Shown here one piece after another: positions 39,249 through 50,054 of a stretch of DNA of 64,000 nucleotides (position 1 is the first letter of the stretch; the number at the start of each line of letters is the position of its first letter). The notes beneath the pieces were generated by a model, which had not been told where the DNA came from, ran no database searches, and saw only the letters and a list, made by a program, of their open reading frames with translations. Source of the stretch: Paramoeba atlantica (lineage: Eukaryota > Protista > Discosea). The position numbers and the translations under genes are program-made. The stretch covers positions 1 through 64,000 of the forward strand of contig CDRNVI010000089.1 of the NCBI GenBank assembly GCA_977017575.1. Reading direction: 5' to 3'.

Positions 39249-41228
39249 AAAATTGGAATATAGCTGCCGCAAATAAAAAAATAAAAGGAAAGACGACCTA
39301 TAAAAAACAACATAAAGAGGGGTGTCCAGGAGTTTATTACGCTCGTTTTAGTGAATACAGGGGTGTGCACGAAAATATGGGGGGGGTCAAAATTCTTATA
39401 ACTTGGCCAATTTTGGAAAATAATAGCGCATTCGAGAGCTCTCGCAGAGCTTTCTTTTGGTAACCCCAAAAAGGGTGGTAGGGACAAATATTTGACGAAA
39501 AATTGATTTTTTTCGAAATCGCTCACAATATTTTTTTAAAAGTTTTCAAATCATTTTCGTATTCATGCAGCCATTTTCAGCGTCTCTGAGCGCATAATTT
39601 TATTAACTTGTTGCACCACACTTCTTTAGTTAAATGGCATAGTAATTCACTCTATCGAAACTTTTCCCGTGGGTAGATCACCAGAAATCCAACACTCTGG
39701 TCGAAAGTGCAATAAGTCAGCGCGGCGAGACGTTCTTGTGGGCGCTTGAGCGCCCCTGACGATTACTTGGGAATGATCGGTTACTTTGTTTCTTCCCGGC
39801 GATCTGAAGGAAGTTTCGACGCTTTGATCCACATGAAATCAGCATTTTCTTACCTGAAAAACGCAGATGACTATCGCAGGACGGCAAATGCGTTTCTGAG
39901 TGAATGAAGGGCACCGGGTCGCCCCAGCTGGCCGCTGGCTCCCTCAGGATGTTCCCCCTTCGGGAAGTTGCCACCCTCCTTCAAGGGTGACACAATAGGC
40001 CCTTCGCAGAGGTTTGGGGGTGCGAGGTCCGAACGCCTCTACCAGTTTCTGCCGACGTGTTTAACGTTGTTTAACGACCACATCGGGTACTGGAGTTGGT
40101 TCCATGCGGGGGGGGGGTCCGAGTCGGTCCCCCAGACCTATTCGGAGGGTCTGGGTGCCTAATGTGAGGCCGTCAGGGAAACTGGCATACCCCGGGCTTG
40201 GGCGTTTCTTGGATAGCAGCAGCTGTGTGGGTCACTACTCATTGTTCTTCCTTGTGGATAGCTGACTGGTCGAATTTCTCGGAGTGTTACCGTAGACCGC
40301 CCACTATTACCGTAAGTCCCGTAAGAGAGATTGGCCCCAGTAAGCGAGATTTGGTTCGAGGGGCTGAGCGGGTGGCTGGATGGGGGATCGTGGCTGGGAT
40401 GGGTGACGGTAGCTGGGCGGGCGGTGATGTCTCTTTTAAACGCTTAAAATGGGTGTGTGAACCTGCAAATGCCATAAAAATATTTAAAAGGACGTTTGAA
40501 TCATTTTCGAAAAAAAAATAATTTTCGTCAAATATTTGTCCCTACCGTCCACCCAAAAAATTCGGAAATTTTGACGTTGTCGGACCCCTCCTGCGTGTAC
40601 CAGGGGGGGTCACCCCCAAGGAGGGGAGGTGGAAAATTATCGCCGCGGCCTACTCTACCACTTCCCTGCGCTCGATTTTGAAAAGCGAAAATTTGATAAA
40701 AAAATTCGCGACGTATGCCCCACCCCCCTGGACCCCCCATTTTTTTCAATTTTTTATTTCAGTTTTGGGCCACCGTGGCCCGGCGGCCGGACAGGACCAA
40801 TGCCTTTGGACAGATAAAATGCCTTTGGACAAATAAAGTGCCTTTGGACAGAAAAATTGCCTCCCATCCATAAATCTTCCCACGCCATACTCATCAGTGG
40901 TGGAGCTCCTCCGGACGGGTAAATTAGGTCACACAGCTTTCAACTTCTCTGTGAGCTCACCCGCGATGTTTGTCCGCGTTGCACAATCCTAGACATAGAT
41001 TCTCAGTGCGCGGCCCGCACGCTGGAGCTTTTGCCTCCAGAAGTGGGGTCCGCTCACGGTTGGGTCTTGACTCTGGACAATCCTGCGGAAGGGGTAGACA
41101 TAGGTTCTCAGTGCGCAACCCCGCTAAATAGGGGGGGAAGGTGGTAGTTGTGGGGTATGGAAGCCTCTCGCAACTCTGTGGCCTCACCGGGTGCAGGAGA
41201 GAAGTGCAAGGGCTTTAATTTCAATGGT

Positions 41229-41325
41229 TCCTGACTTATGCAATATTCCCTGACTTATGCAATATTCCCTGACTTATGCAATATTCCTTGACTTATGCAA
41301 TATTCCTTGAATCATGCAATATTCC
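41229..41325. repeat. 19-20-bp tandem repeat CTGACTTATGCAATATTCC x~5
   Basis: Read directly; another 20-bp array (TGCCTTTGGACA..) lies at ~40795-40855. Confidence 0.85.
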
Positions 41326-42042
41326 TTTACTTTGGCCGCCATCTGTGCAGATGGTACTGAAGCCGACCTTTTTTATTAGCAGCATTTTATCTGTCCATTG
41401 TCATTTTATCTGTCCATAGGCAATTTATTTGTCCAGGGGTATTTGACGTGTAAAGTGACCCCGGGGCCCCCTTTTATATTTTTTTCTTCTATTATAAATT
41501 ATATTTATTTTATTACTGTGTTCCTCTTTATATTTTCACTGTTTTTGTTCACCTTTTTTTCAATAATCGAGGGTAGAGCGGTAGTTGTCCACCGCAATTG
41601 TTTTCTTAATCCATTGTTTCTTAACATGTCTCACACAATCCCGTGTCCGTTCGTGGTGCTGTCCGACCGAAAAAACAGTGTTGCACTGAGTATGCGAAAA
41701 TACTGACATCCGGAACACACCCATATTTTTCTCATTTTTGTTGCACTGAGTATGACAAACCACAATACCCCCCAGTATGGTATGAGGTCACAGATATGCT
41801 AAACCGGACCTCCGTTTAAAAAAAACAAAAAAAAAGGTCGAACGTGATTTCGAAATTTGTTCACGAATTAACATTTCACATTTCTATTTTGCAGTATTTT
41901 TATTGCACAAAAATTTACGGGGACTGTATACGGGCACTGTACTTTGATTTCTAAATGGTATAAAAATATCAATAAGTGCTTGGTTTTACACAAAAAGTAG
42001 CAACACCAAAAGAAAGTAAGAGAACTTCGACAAAAGTCAATT

Positions 42043-43128
42043 TTATTTGAAACATGTTAAGACATTTATCTTCTTCTGAAACTCATCAACTGTCTCCATG
42101 TTCAAACTCTTTCCTCCAAGCATGCGTTTCAGTCGACTATTTTCTTTGTCGACGTATCCTTCTCCATCTTTTTCAATCCGCTCCATAATTTTTGCATAGG
42201 ATTGAGCTCGTCTATCCGGGTCTTTTTTTACTACATCAAGAATGTCTTTTCGAGCTTCATCATCAGCTTTCATGTATTTTAGAGCAAGTTGACGCAGCTC
42301 ATGGGTGGTTCCTTCAGCAATGTCCAAATCTCCACCAACTTGACGACGAATCCCCGCTCCATTGTTCACAAATTGAACCAATCCAGAAATATGAAGTGTG
42401 CTATGATAAGGCGTGCCTTTCTTATTGTCCTTTGGAAACCACACAAAATAAGGAAAGCCCTGCATCCCATATTTGTGTCCAATGTCCTTGCTTGCAGACT
42501 CAGTGCACTCGATTCGAGCAATCACGACATCTGGCTCATTGACATAAGTAAGCCCCAATCTTTCGTAATTTGGCGCAATCCTTGCGCACCGTTCACACCA
42601 CGTTGCATAAAACTCAACGAAAACGTGTTTCGATGGATTGAGTGCTACGGAGTAAAATGTGCTCGGATCCAATTCCTTTACGTAACTCTGTTCCTGAGAG
42701 AGCTTTAGGTCACAACCATGAACTTTATCATTTAAGATTTTCGTTAACGTCACTGCGTCTGCGGGTTGTTCTATCGGCTCTGGGTCCAGGCTTCCCGAGG
42801 AAAAGAACAAATAAGTTGGGTAACCAGAAACAGAGAAACGTTCTGCAATTTCAGGAAATTGTTCAGCATTTAGCGTTGCCACCACAACTTTGTCAGAATT
42901 CTTCGCTGCGTTTCCAACACGAGCGTATTCCAGAGCGAAATGTTCGCAACGACGACACCACGGAGTGTGAAACTGTACCAACGCTGCGCGATTATGACCG
43001 ACAAAAGCGTCAAAACTTGAGGTAGAGAGCTCGACGGTGCCATCCATCCGGGCTTTTGGAGCGTCTGAGGCGTTGCCCTCCACGCAATAAACACTTAGCA
43101 AAGCAAGAAGAAACCAGTAGGAAGACAT
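42043..43128 (-). CDS. Protein disulfide isomerase, a-a'-ERp29-like C-terminal domain type
   Basis: Signal peptide; two thioredoxin folds (FHTPWCRRC, FYATWCERC; SGYPT, QGFPY); helical C-terminal domain, no KDEL. Start could be at 43149 or 43185. Confidence 0.85.
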   Translation of the reverse strand: MSSYWFLLALLSVYCVEGNASDAPKARMDGTVELSTSSFDAFVGHNRAALVQFHTPWCRRCEHFALEYARVGNAAKNSDKVVVATLNAEQFPEIAERFSVSGYPTYLFFSSGSLDPEPIEQPADAVTLTKILNDKVHGCDLKLSQEQSYVKELDPSTFYSVALNPSKHVFVEFYATWCERCARIAPNYERLGLTYVNEPDVVIARIECTESASKDIGHKYGMQGFPYFVWFPKDNKKGTPYHSTLHISGLVQFVNNGAGIRRQVGGDLDIAEGTTHELRQLALKYMKADDEARKDILDVVKKDPDRRAQSYAKIMERIEKDGEGYVDKENSRLKRMLGGKSLNMETVDEFQKKINVLTCFK

Positions 43129-43593
43129 TTGCGTGAACACAACTTTCATGGTAAAGAACAAAAACCGAGCATACAAATGAAACAAGAGGATGATTCAACA
43201 AACTTTGAAACACCGATCAAAAATATAGCGAACATAAAAGTACATAAAGTACATAAAATGTACAGTACATGCAAGTGGATTGTTTAGAAAAGAAAAATAC
43301 TATATTCTCAGCCCATTCCAAGAGAAAAACCATCCGGTGCAAGGAGAAAAGTGTGGCAAAAAATGCCAGATATAGTCTGAGGTATGTGACGAAAGATAAT
43401 ACTATTGTGATAGTTATATTAAGGCATGATATTAAACAAAACTTTATAAACTATATGTTTTACGTGTTTTATGGAACTACTGTAAGACACTCTTCTACTA
43501 CAGAGATACCAGCGATGCATACACATCAAGAATGTTACTTTTGATGGGTTTGATTTAATAATGGAAGAAAGGACAGCACAGATGTCCTGCTTA

Positions 43594-45609
43594 TTACGGT
43601 GGCTTCTTTGACATAGAATGTGAAAAACGAGTCTGATCAGGTCCTTTACGCTCCGAATAGAAAGGCAGAGTGGGATGTGGACCACTTGATTCAAATTCAT
43701 CCTCATGCTCAAGATTTTCCGTTCCGGAAGAAAGAGCACTTCCACGTAAAGCGTGCATAGAACTTGAAAGACTAGGCTCTGAAAAGGACGAGACTGTGGG
43801 GGTCAATGATGGTTCGTGGAGAATATTTTCAGTTAACATGGATTTTTTGTCCACTAAAGAATTCCGCGATCCCTTGTGGGATGCTAAAATTGCTGAATCC
43901 GTTGGTTCTATAGAAAGGTTTAATTGAGGATCTCGAGGTGGAGGAGAGTCCTTCGGTGCTCCGCCCGCGGATTCAGACTTGGTAATTGCGTTTACCCCTT
44001 TTTCAGAAAGGTGACTGATCGAAAAATGTTCGGCATGAATCTCCGTTTCATTAATTACAGGAAGCTGCTGTGGACTCTTTTCAAAAAACAATAAAGCAGG
44101 GGCGGAGTGACGGCGCTTCATTCTTGGGTACATTTCTACTTTAATAGGAGTCAATCGAAGAAGAACACGCAATTTTTCAAAGCGAGGGTGTGTCATCGTA
44201 ATGTAGAGCCCGATAATGAGAAGATTGATGGCGACGGTCAACGGCACAGTAATATGGGGTTGATCAAGGAAAACAGCCAACATGCTGAACAGCATGACTG
44301 CAATTTTCATCAGCGTGGTTGACCAAGCTCCAAACATACCAAGAGGAACTTTGTAAGGTCTTGGAGTATCGGCTTCGGTATAACGGAGACGTAGAAAAGC
44401 CAAGAAGGTTAATATGTAGCTCTCCGCCGCAAGTATTAGATCCACTTTGATAAGTAAGTCAAAATCAAACAAAGAGAGTATAGATACAATCACGGTAAAT
44501 GCGAAAACGGAATTATGCGGGACTAGGGTTCCGGGGCGCGTTTTTGCCAGAAGTGAAGGAAGCCAACCCAGTTCCGCCATCCCGGCAACTGCACGAGCGT
44601 AACACGTCATGCAATTAACGAGCATACCAAATATACTCAGAGCGGCAGCAACTGCTATTGTTGAGCCCAAACCTGGGAGAATCACTTCCATTGCAACCAC
44701 AAGGTAGCCGTCGCCCCAGATCTTTTCCCCTACAACCTTGGAGGGGGGAACGGTGAGAGCAGCGGCGACGGTTACAAGATAGGCAAGGACGTCAAGCACA
44801 ATGGCAATACCCATTCCGCGGGAGTACACGTGGGGGAATTTTACCTCCGCGGCGAGATTGCCCAGGGAATTCCACCCGGTGAAAAGCCAGCATAGAGAGG
44901 AACCCCACAGTGCCCAATCCTTATCCGGCCACAGCTCAACCCATTGGGAGGGGCGAATGCTTTTTGCGGCAAGGCAAAAGCCCACCACAAAGGGAAGCAT
45001 GACGAGAGAACCAATTGCTGCGCTAATTTCGGCAACGTGTTTGGACTCAAGAAGCGCAAACAAGGTGGCGACAATCACGCACACCAAACGGACTAGGTAT
45101 TGGGCAAAAAAAGGGGCATCAGGAGCGAATCGGACGAAGAGATACGCGCTGAAAAGCGCAGTGTATACAGCCATGTCGACGAAATTAGCAAGCATGGAAC
45201 AAAACGCGTTCTGAAATCCAAGAAACGATCCAAATGCGCGAGAAACCCACGCGACATAGCCATGATTACTTGGGATCATTGTCGCAAGCTCTGCCACCAT
45301 TGCAATTTGAGGAAGAACAAAAACAAGTGGCGTCAGACAAATTCCTAGCATGCCCAAACCGGGTCCACCGGCGCGAAGAGCGGCCTCTACTCCGAATGGA
45401 CCCGAGCACGTGAATACGAAAGCGATTCCTGCAAGACGCCATACATTGAGTTTCTTGTGATGAGCGACAGCAGGGGTGTGTCCGCCACAAAGTTCCAGCG
45501 AACGCGCCGAGAAATAGTCGTGTTTCTCGTCAGAATGTTTGTTCAAAGATATTGATGGTTGTCTCGCACGTGGAGTTGTGGAGTTCGCCGTGCCGGCGCT
45601 ATTGTCCAT
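43594..45609 (-). CDS. APC-family amino acid/polyamine permease (POT1/PUT-like)
   Basis: KKLNVWRLAGIAFVFTCSGPFGVE, ELATMIPSNHGYVAWV, GWNSLGNLAAEV and LRLRYTEADTPRPYKVP; ~12 TM segments and a long cytosolic tail. Confidence 0.88.
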   Translation of the reverse strand: MDNSAGTANSTTPRARQPSISLNKHSDEKHDYFSARSLELCGGHTPAVAHHKKLNVWRLAGIAFVFTCSGPFGVEAALRAGGPGLGMLGICLTPLVFVLPQIAMVAELATMIPSNHGYVAWVSRAFGSFLGFQNAFCSMLANFVDMAVYTALFSAYLFVRFAPDAPFFAQYLVRLVCVIVATLFALLESKHVAEISAAIGSLVMLPFVVGFCLAAKSIRPSQWVELWPDKDWALWGSSLCWLFTGWNSLGNLAAEVKFPHVYSRGMGIAIVLDVLAYLVTVAAALTVPPSKVVGEKIWGDGYLVVAMEVILPGLGSTIAVAAALSIFGMLVNCMTCYARAVAGMAELGWLPSLLAKTRPGTLVPHNSVFAFTVIVSILSLFDFDLLIKVDLILAAESYILTFLAFLRLRYTEADTPRPYKVPLGMFGAWSTTLMKIAVMLFSMLAVFLDQPHITVPLTVAINLLIIGLYITMTHPRFEKLRVLLRLTPIKVEMYPRMKRRHSAPALLFFEKSPQQLPVINETEIHAEHFSISHLSEKGVNAITKSESAGGAPKDSPPPRDPQLNLSIEPTDSAILASHKGSRNSLVDKKSMLTENILHEPSLTPTVSSFSEPSLSSSMHALRGSALSSGTENLEHEDEFESSGPHPTLPFYSERKGPDQTRFSHSMSKKPP

Positions 45610-46216
45610 ATAACCGAATATAATAAGTTCCAATAATGTCTGAATTATAGTTGCTATAAAAAAACTAAAACAAAAAATTGTAAAGGAAAGTGAAATACAG
45701 GTGGAGAACAATAATTGGTGACATCATAGGAGTCTGCGCAGTCAGCGCGTGATGTGATTCACACCGTCATTGTGAATAAGTCGCGTAATTTCCACGTATT
45801 GTTCACATTTTTTTAATGTTTAGCAACACTGTCTTGGTCCTGTTGAACTTTTACGAGCTCTGTAATCTTGCGTTGCTTAGCAGGCATTCTGTTTTGTAAT
45901 AACGCATGCGATGCCCGATCGATGTTATCGCGTTCCCGTGCATTTCGCTTTGTGCCATTGGAGGTACCACATCGTCTGGCTCCTCAAACCGATAATCAAT
46001 ATTTCTAATGGAAGCTTTGCAAGGATCAAGGTAACCTAATCTGTTAAATGCAGCAAGAACAACATCCGGTCGAAATAAGGAGGACTCCACAGCACCGGCG
46101 ACAAGACGGTGGAAAGGCACGCTTCTGACGAGCAGTTAGTTTCACTGCATGCACTGCGGAATACAACTGGAAATGTTTTCCTTTGTAGCACGAGGCAAAA
46201 TCCGTGTCAATCCATT

Positions 46217-47199
46217 GGACACTGTGCAAGTTTACCCTCCCTGTGGATGGCACAGGATTGCACGAAATGGCACAGGATGGCACGGCGAGTCTAGTTTTAG
46301 GAATCTTCCTCCTAAGTAGCCTTTTAAATTGGAGTATATTTTCGGATGCTCTTTTGTACTGTAGTTTTGCATATTGTTTGATAATTCATAATTTGGAGGT
46401 GTATTTACGTTACGAGTGGGGAGGTAAGTAAGCACAATCTCCCAGCTACCCTATTCTTCTCTTGAGAAAAAACCGCGGTCGTAGAATGATGAATTGAAGT
46501 GATGATGAATTGAAGCAAACTAACTTAGATCATTTCATTGTTTATGATAAGAATTGTACGGAAAGAACGGCTTCTTCCGATTCTCTTAACCTCACTATCC
46601 TCGAGTCATGAACTCTTTTGAACTTATGGGAGAGAAGTAACGTAATATAAAAAACGTTAACCACCGCGTTTAATGGAGCGACTACAAACTTGTACTTATA
46701 GTTGTTACTGCCTATGAGTTCCCCCAATTCTGGTGCGCTTATGAGTTCCTTTTTCTAAGGCGAATGTTTTTGTACCCACTTTTCGCGAAGCGATCTGTTT
46801 TTTGCACAGAACCAAAATTCATAAAAATCCCAACAACCATACGTCAGGCTGCTCTACAGACTCGCTCACTGAGCGGATAATCATTTTAGCGCCAGCAATA
46901 TTGTCAAGGAGAACCCGCGGCGCTTCGCGCCGCGGGCCCCTATTTTCGTTTTTTTATGGCTCGAATTCTGGTCTGGTACGCTTCTGAGCTCCTTTTTCTC
47001 AAAACCAGGGAACTCATAAGCAGGAGGGGTATAGTGCTTGGAACCACCCCGCTTTTTCTTGTAAACGGGTACCAAGATCCACATGAAGGCGAGCACCAAA
47101 GGTGGACATTGTGCCAAAAATCTTCGCTCTGGATGGCACAGGATGGCACGAAATGGCACAGGATAGCACATAATGGCACAGGATAACTGCATAGTGTCC
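46217..47199. mobile_element. 983-bp insertion with GGACACTRTGCA TIRs and 10-bp TGGCACAGGA subterminal repeats
   Basis: 12-bp TIR with 1 mismatch, flanks ATT and ACT; removal restores the transposase LQWID motif. Confidence 0.7.
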
Positions 47200-47855
47200 A
47201 CTGAAGCCAAGATGTGCAGCCAGAAGGAATTATGAGGGGGAAGAAACCGATATCACGCATAGCGTCTAAGTCGGTTTCCGTCATGTGTACTTTACACGAG
47301 TCAAAAATTGCAACTCCATTACTCATTTTATGGCGCTCAAGGACACGCTTCCGAGCGAACAAGAATGCTCGCTGATAAAAAACTGATGTTACCACACTCT
47401 TGGGGGTCCAAGCTCTTTTTGTTCGGGAATCGTAGGCTTCGTTTCTTATAGATGAACGTTTCGGGGAACCTTTCAAAATTAATAATAGGAAGACGAAATA
47501 CAGTAAAAGTTTCCAAGATCACACCCACACCAGTCAAAAGAGTACCAATTCTCTTGAAGTCATTTGGGTCGAGATTCACACGAAAATTGCGATCCCCCGC
47601 CTCTGTTATCGTACGCTTCCCATTGTACCAGAGAGCGTAATTGGAATTTCATCGAAATTGAGGACGAAAGAACAAAGTCTGGTTTTTAGACACCGGTAAA
47701 GGTGACAATGTATTTGTTGCCATTTACGAGCAACCGTTTCAGGAGTTAAAGAAAACTGTCGCTTGACGCACTTGAGTCGGAAATGGAACCTTTTTAGAAA
47801 TTTCAAGATGTAGGAGTACGACACAGTGGTTTTGTTCCCGCAAAGAAAACGCATA

Positions 47856-48876
47856 CCGTTACCCCCCCCCCCCTTACTTCGCCTCCCCCCTTACTTCACC
47901 ACATTTAGTCACTGGACGTGTGGTGAAGTAAGGGGGGTTTCAGATTTTTCTCCAGACAACTTACCACCTCTTTACATGCATCGGGGTTGCATCGGGGTTA
48001 CATGCATCGGGGTTGCATCGGGGTAAGGCGAGGCAGGGCCACGCCCAGTGGTCTTCAAAGGGGGGGAAACAGATGGCGCACAAAGATCGATGCACAAAGG
48101 TTCTTGGTGTAAAAAAGAATAAATAAGTTTCTTGGTGTAACTTTCTTGGTGAAGACGACGCCGTCATACCGGGATTTTAAACCACAGTCCGGTTTAACGT
48201 TCCGGGGGGAAATGATAACGGTTACAGGAATGCTACGTACCTGCAGTAAAGGTAACTTTTGAAGATTATCTTGGGTTCATCGACGCAACGGGTTGGTAGC
48301 AGCACGTTGTTCCCGCCTTGTACTAACGAAAACAGGTAGAGGACTTCGGCCACGAAAGTTTCAAATCTACATGTATATGTGAAGGGTCTGGCCTGCCAGT
48401 GACCAATCGGAGCAATCCGTAATGACTTAGATTTGTTGTACCATTTCTAATTCAAAACGGTTTTCTTCCATATCAGTTTCATCATCGCTTTGATCATAAA
48501 GTTGCTCTACAGCGTCTTGTAATTCTAAAATTTAATTTGGTGTTCAATAAGTTATGTTCTGCGACATCACTTAAATTTTGCAAGAAATTTTCATGGGGGG
48601 AAAGTTAAAAACGCATGGGACATCGTAGACAAACTAAAAGAAGCATAAAATATAGAATGTGCAACACGAGGTATTACAACACTCAAGAAAAGGAAATTGT
48701 GCTCAATGTCGATAGCATAGTATACTTCAATAATTTGAGGTTTTTCGAGAGAACTATAAATTGACCGAACTTTGAATCACTGATTCACCCCTCTTACTTC
48801 ACCACCCCCCTTACTTCACCACAAAGTACGGGTATTGGACCAAAAAGTGGGGGCTAAGCAAGGGGGGGGGTAACGG
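47856..48876. mobile_element. 1021-bp TA-flanked TIR element
   Basis: TA|CCGTTACCCCCCCCC..CTTACTT ... AAGCAAGGGGGGGGGTAACGG|TA; removal restores ALLDPDMRFLCG in frame. Confidence 0.88.
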
Positions 48877-50054
48877 TATCAGGGTCTAACAGGGCTCTTA
48901 TTGCTTCCTCATGAACTATAGCGGGGCTTACAAACTCTCCAGAAGCGCGCTTCGCCTCTACAAAGGACTTTCAATGAATTTTCAAAGGCGACAGTTTTCT
49001 AGAGGAGGTCATTTTCGCAAGCCCTTCTGAGTGCGCACTTCTGACAGAGAACTTTCCCAACGCGCAATTGGCTCCTTTCGATGAACAGAATACAGACCTT
49101 TCCACTTATTTCGAACCCATGCTTGTAGCCTGGCTATGGATTTTCTGTCCTCCTGATCCAGGTCGTTTCACTTTCGTACGATTTTATCTTTGACCTTGTT
49201 TGGAATGTCCCGTCTAACAAAGCTTCGTGTATCGGTGCCTCTTAACAATTTTCGACTTCCCCGAACTTGCTTTTGTACAGGAGTTGGAATGGGGGACATA
49301 TTAAGGGCAGCTTCTGAAGAAGAATTTTCCTCAGATCTTGCTTCGTTGAGTGTAGCATCACTTGTGCTAATATTGGAAGAATCATCATCTGACAACGCGT
49401 CCGCTGAAACAGAGCTTGCTTCACCGTCGCTCGGAACAACACAATATGTTATTTCCCTTGAAGTTTCTCGATGAAATTCCGGTGAAAGGGAACCTGTTTT
49501 GTGCCAAAAGATAATTTGTTTGGAAAAAGAGTCATAATTATTCTAAAGAGTCATTTTGAAGCAAATACTTCAGTTTATCTAATACTTTTCCATCTTTTTG
49601 GCTACTTTGGACATAAATTGTCGGCATTGTACTGATTTTTCTTGTACCGACAACTGGTCATACACAGTTTCGGCGGCGATAAGCGAAAGGGACATTATAC
49701 AATGACTATTGGACCACAAGTTTGTATACCAACGTGTAGAGTGTGCTAAAAGCCTTGAGCCCTGAGTAAAGTAGAACATTCAATTAGTGATGAGAAAAGA
49801 AGAAAAAAAAGTAAAACTTCTTGGCAATTTTTTAGATATTTTTTTTTGGCGCAAAACCGGTTCCCTTTGACCGAAATTCCTTCTGCAATTCAAAAAGATT
49901 TTGCAAATCAAGACGGTGATCCACCAAGGTCATTTCAAAAAATTGTGAACAATAAAAAATGTGAACAATAACCGTCGGGGGGGTTTATAAAATAATACGA
50001 AAGAATAGGCGTAAAACTCAAAAATATTCATTTTTATAACTCATCGCATTGCAA

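Larger units (their letters stand above)
45851..49440 (-). mobile_element. pogo/DDE_1-family transposase pseudogene (CENP-B HTH + DD35D), split by two insertions
   Basis: VSPAIVHEEAI...SYSYILKFLKRF (HTH), LNFDEIP, AIFDSCKVH and IPSGCTSWLQWIDTDF after removing the inserts; C-terminal VLAAFNRLG. Confidence 0.8.
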
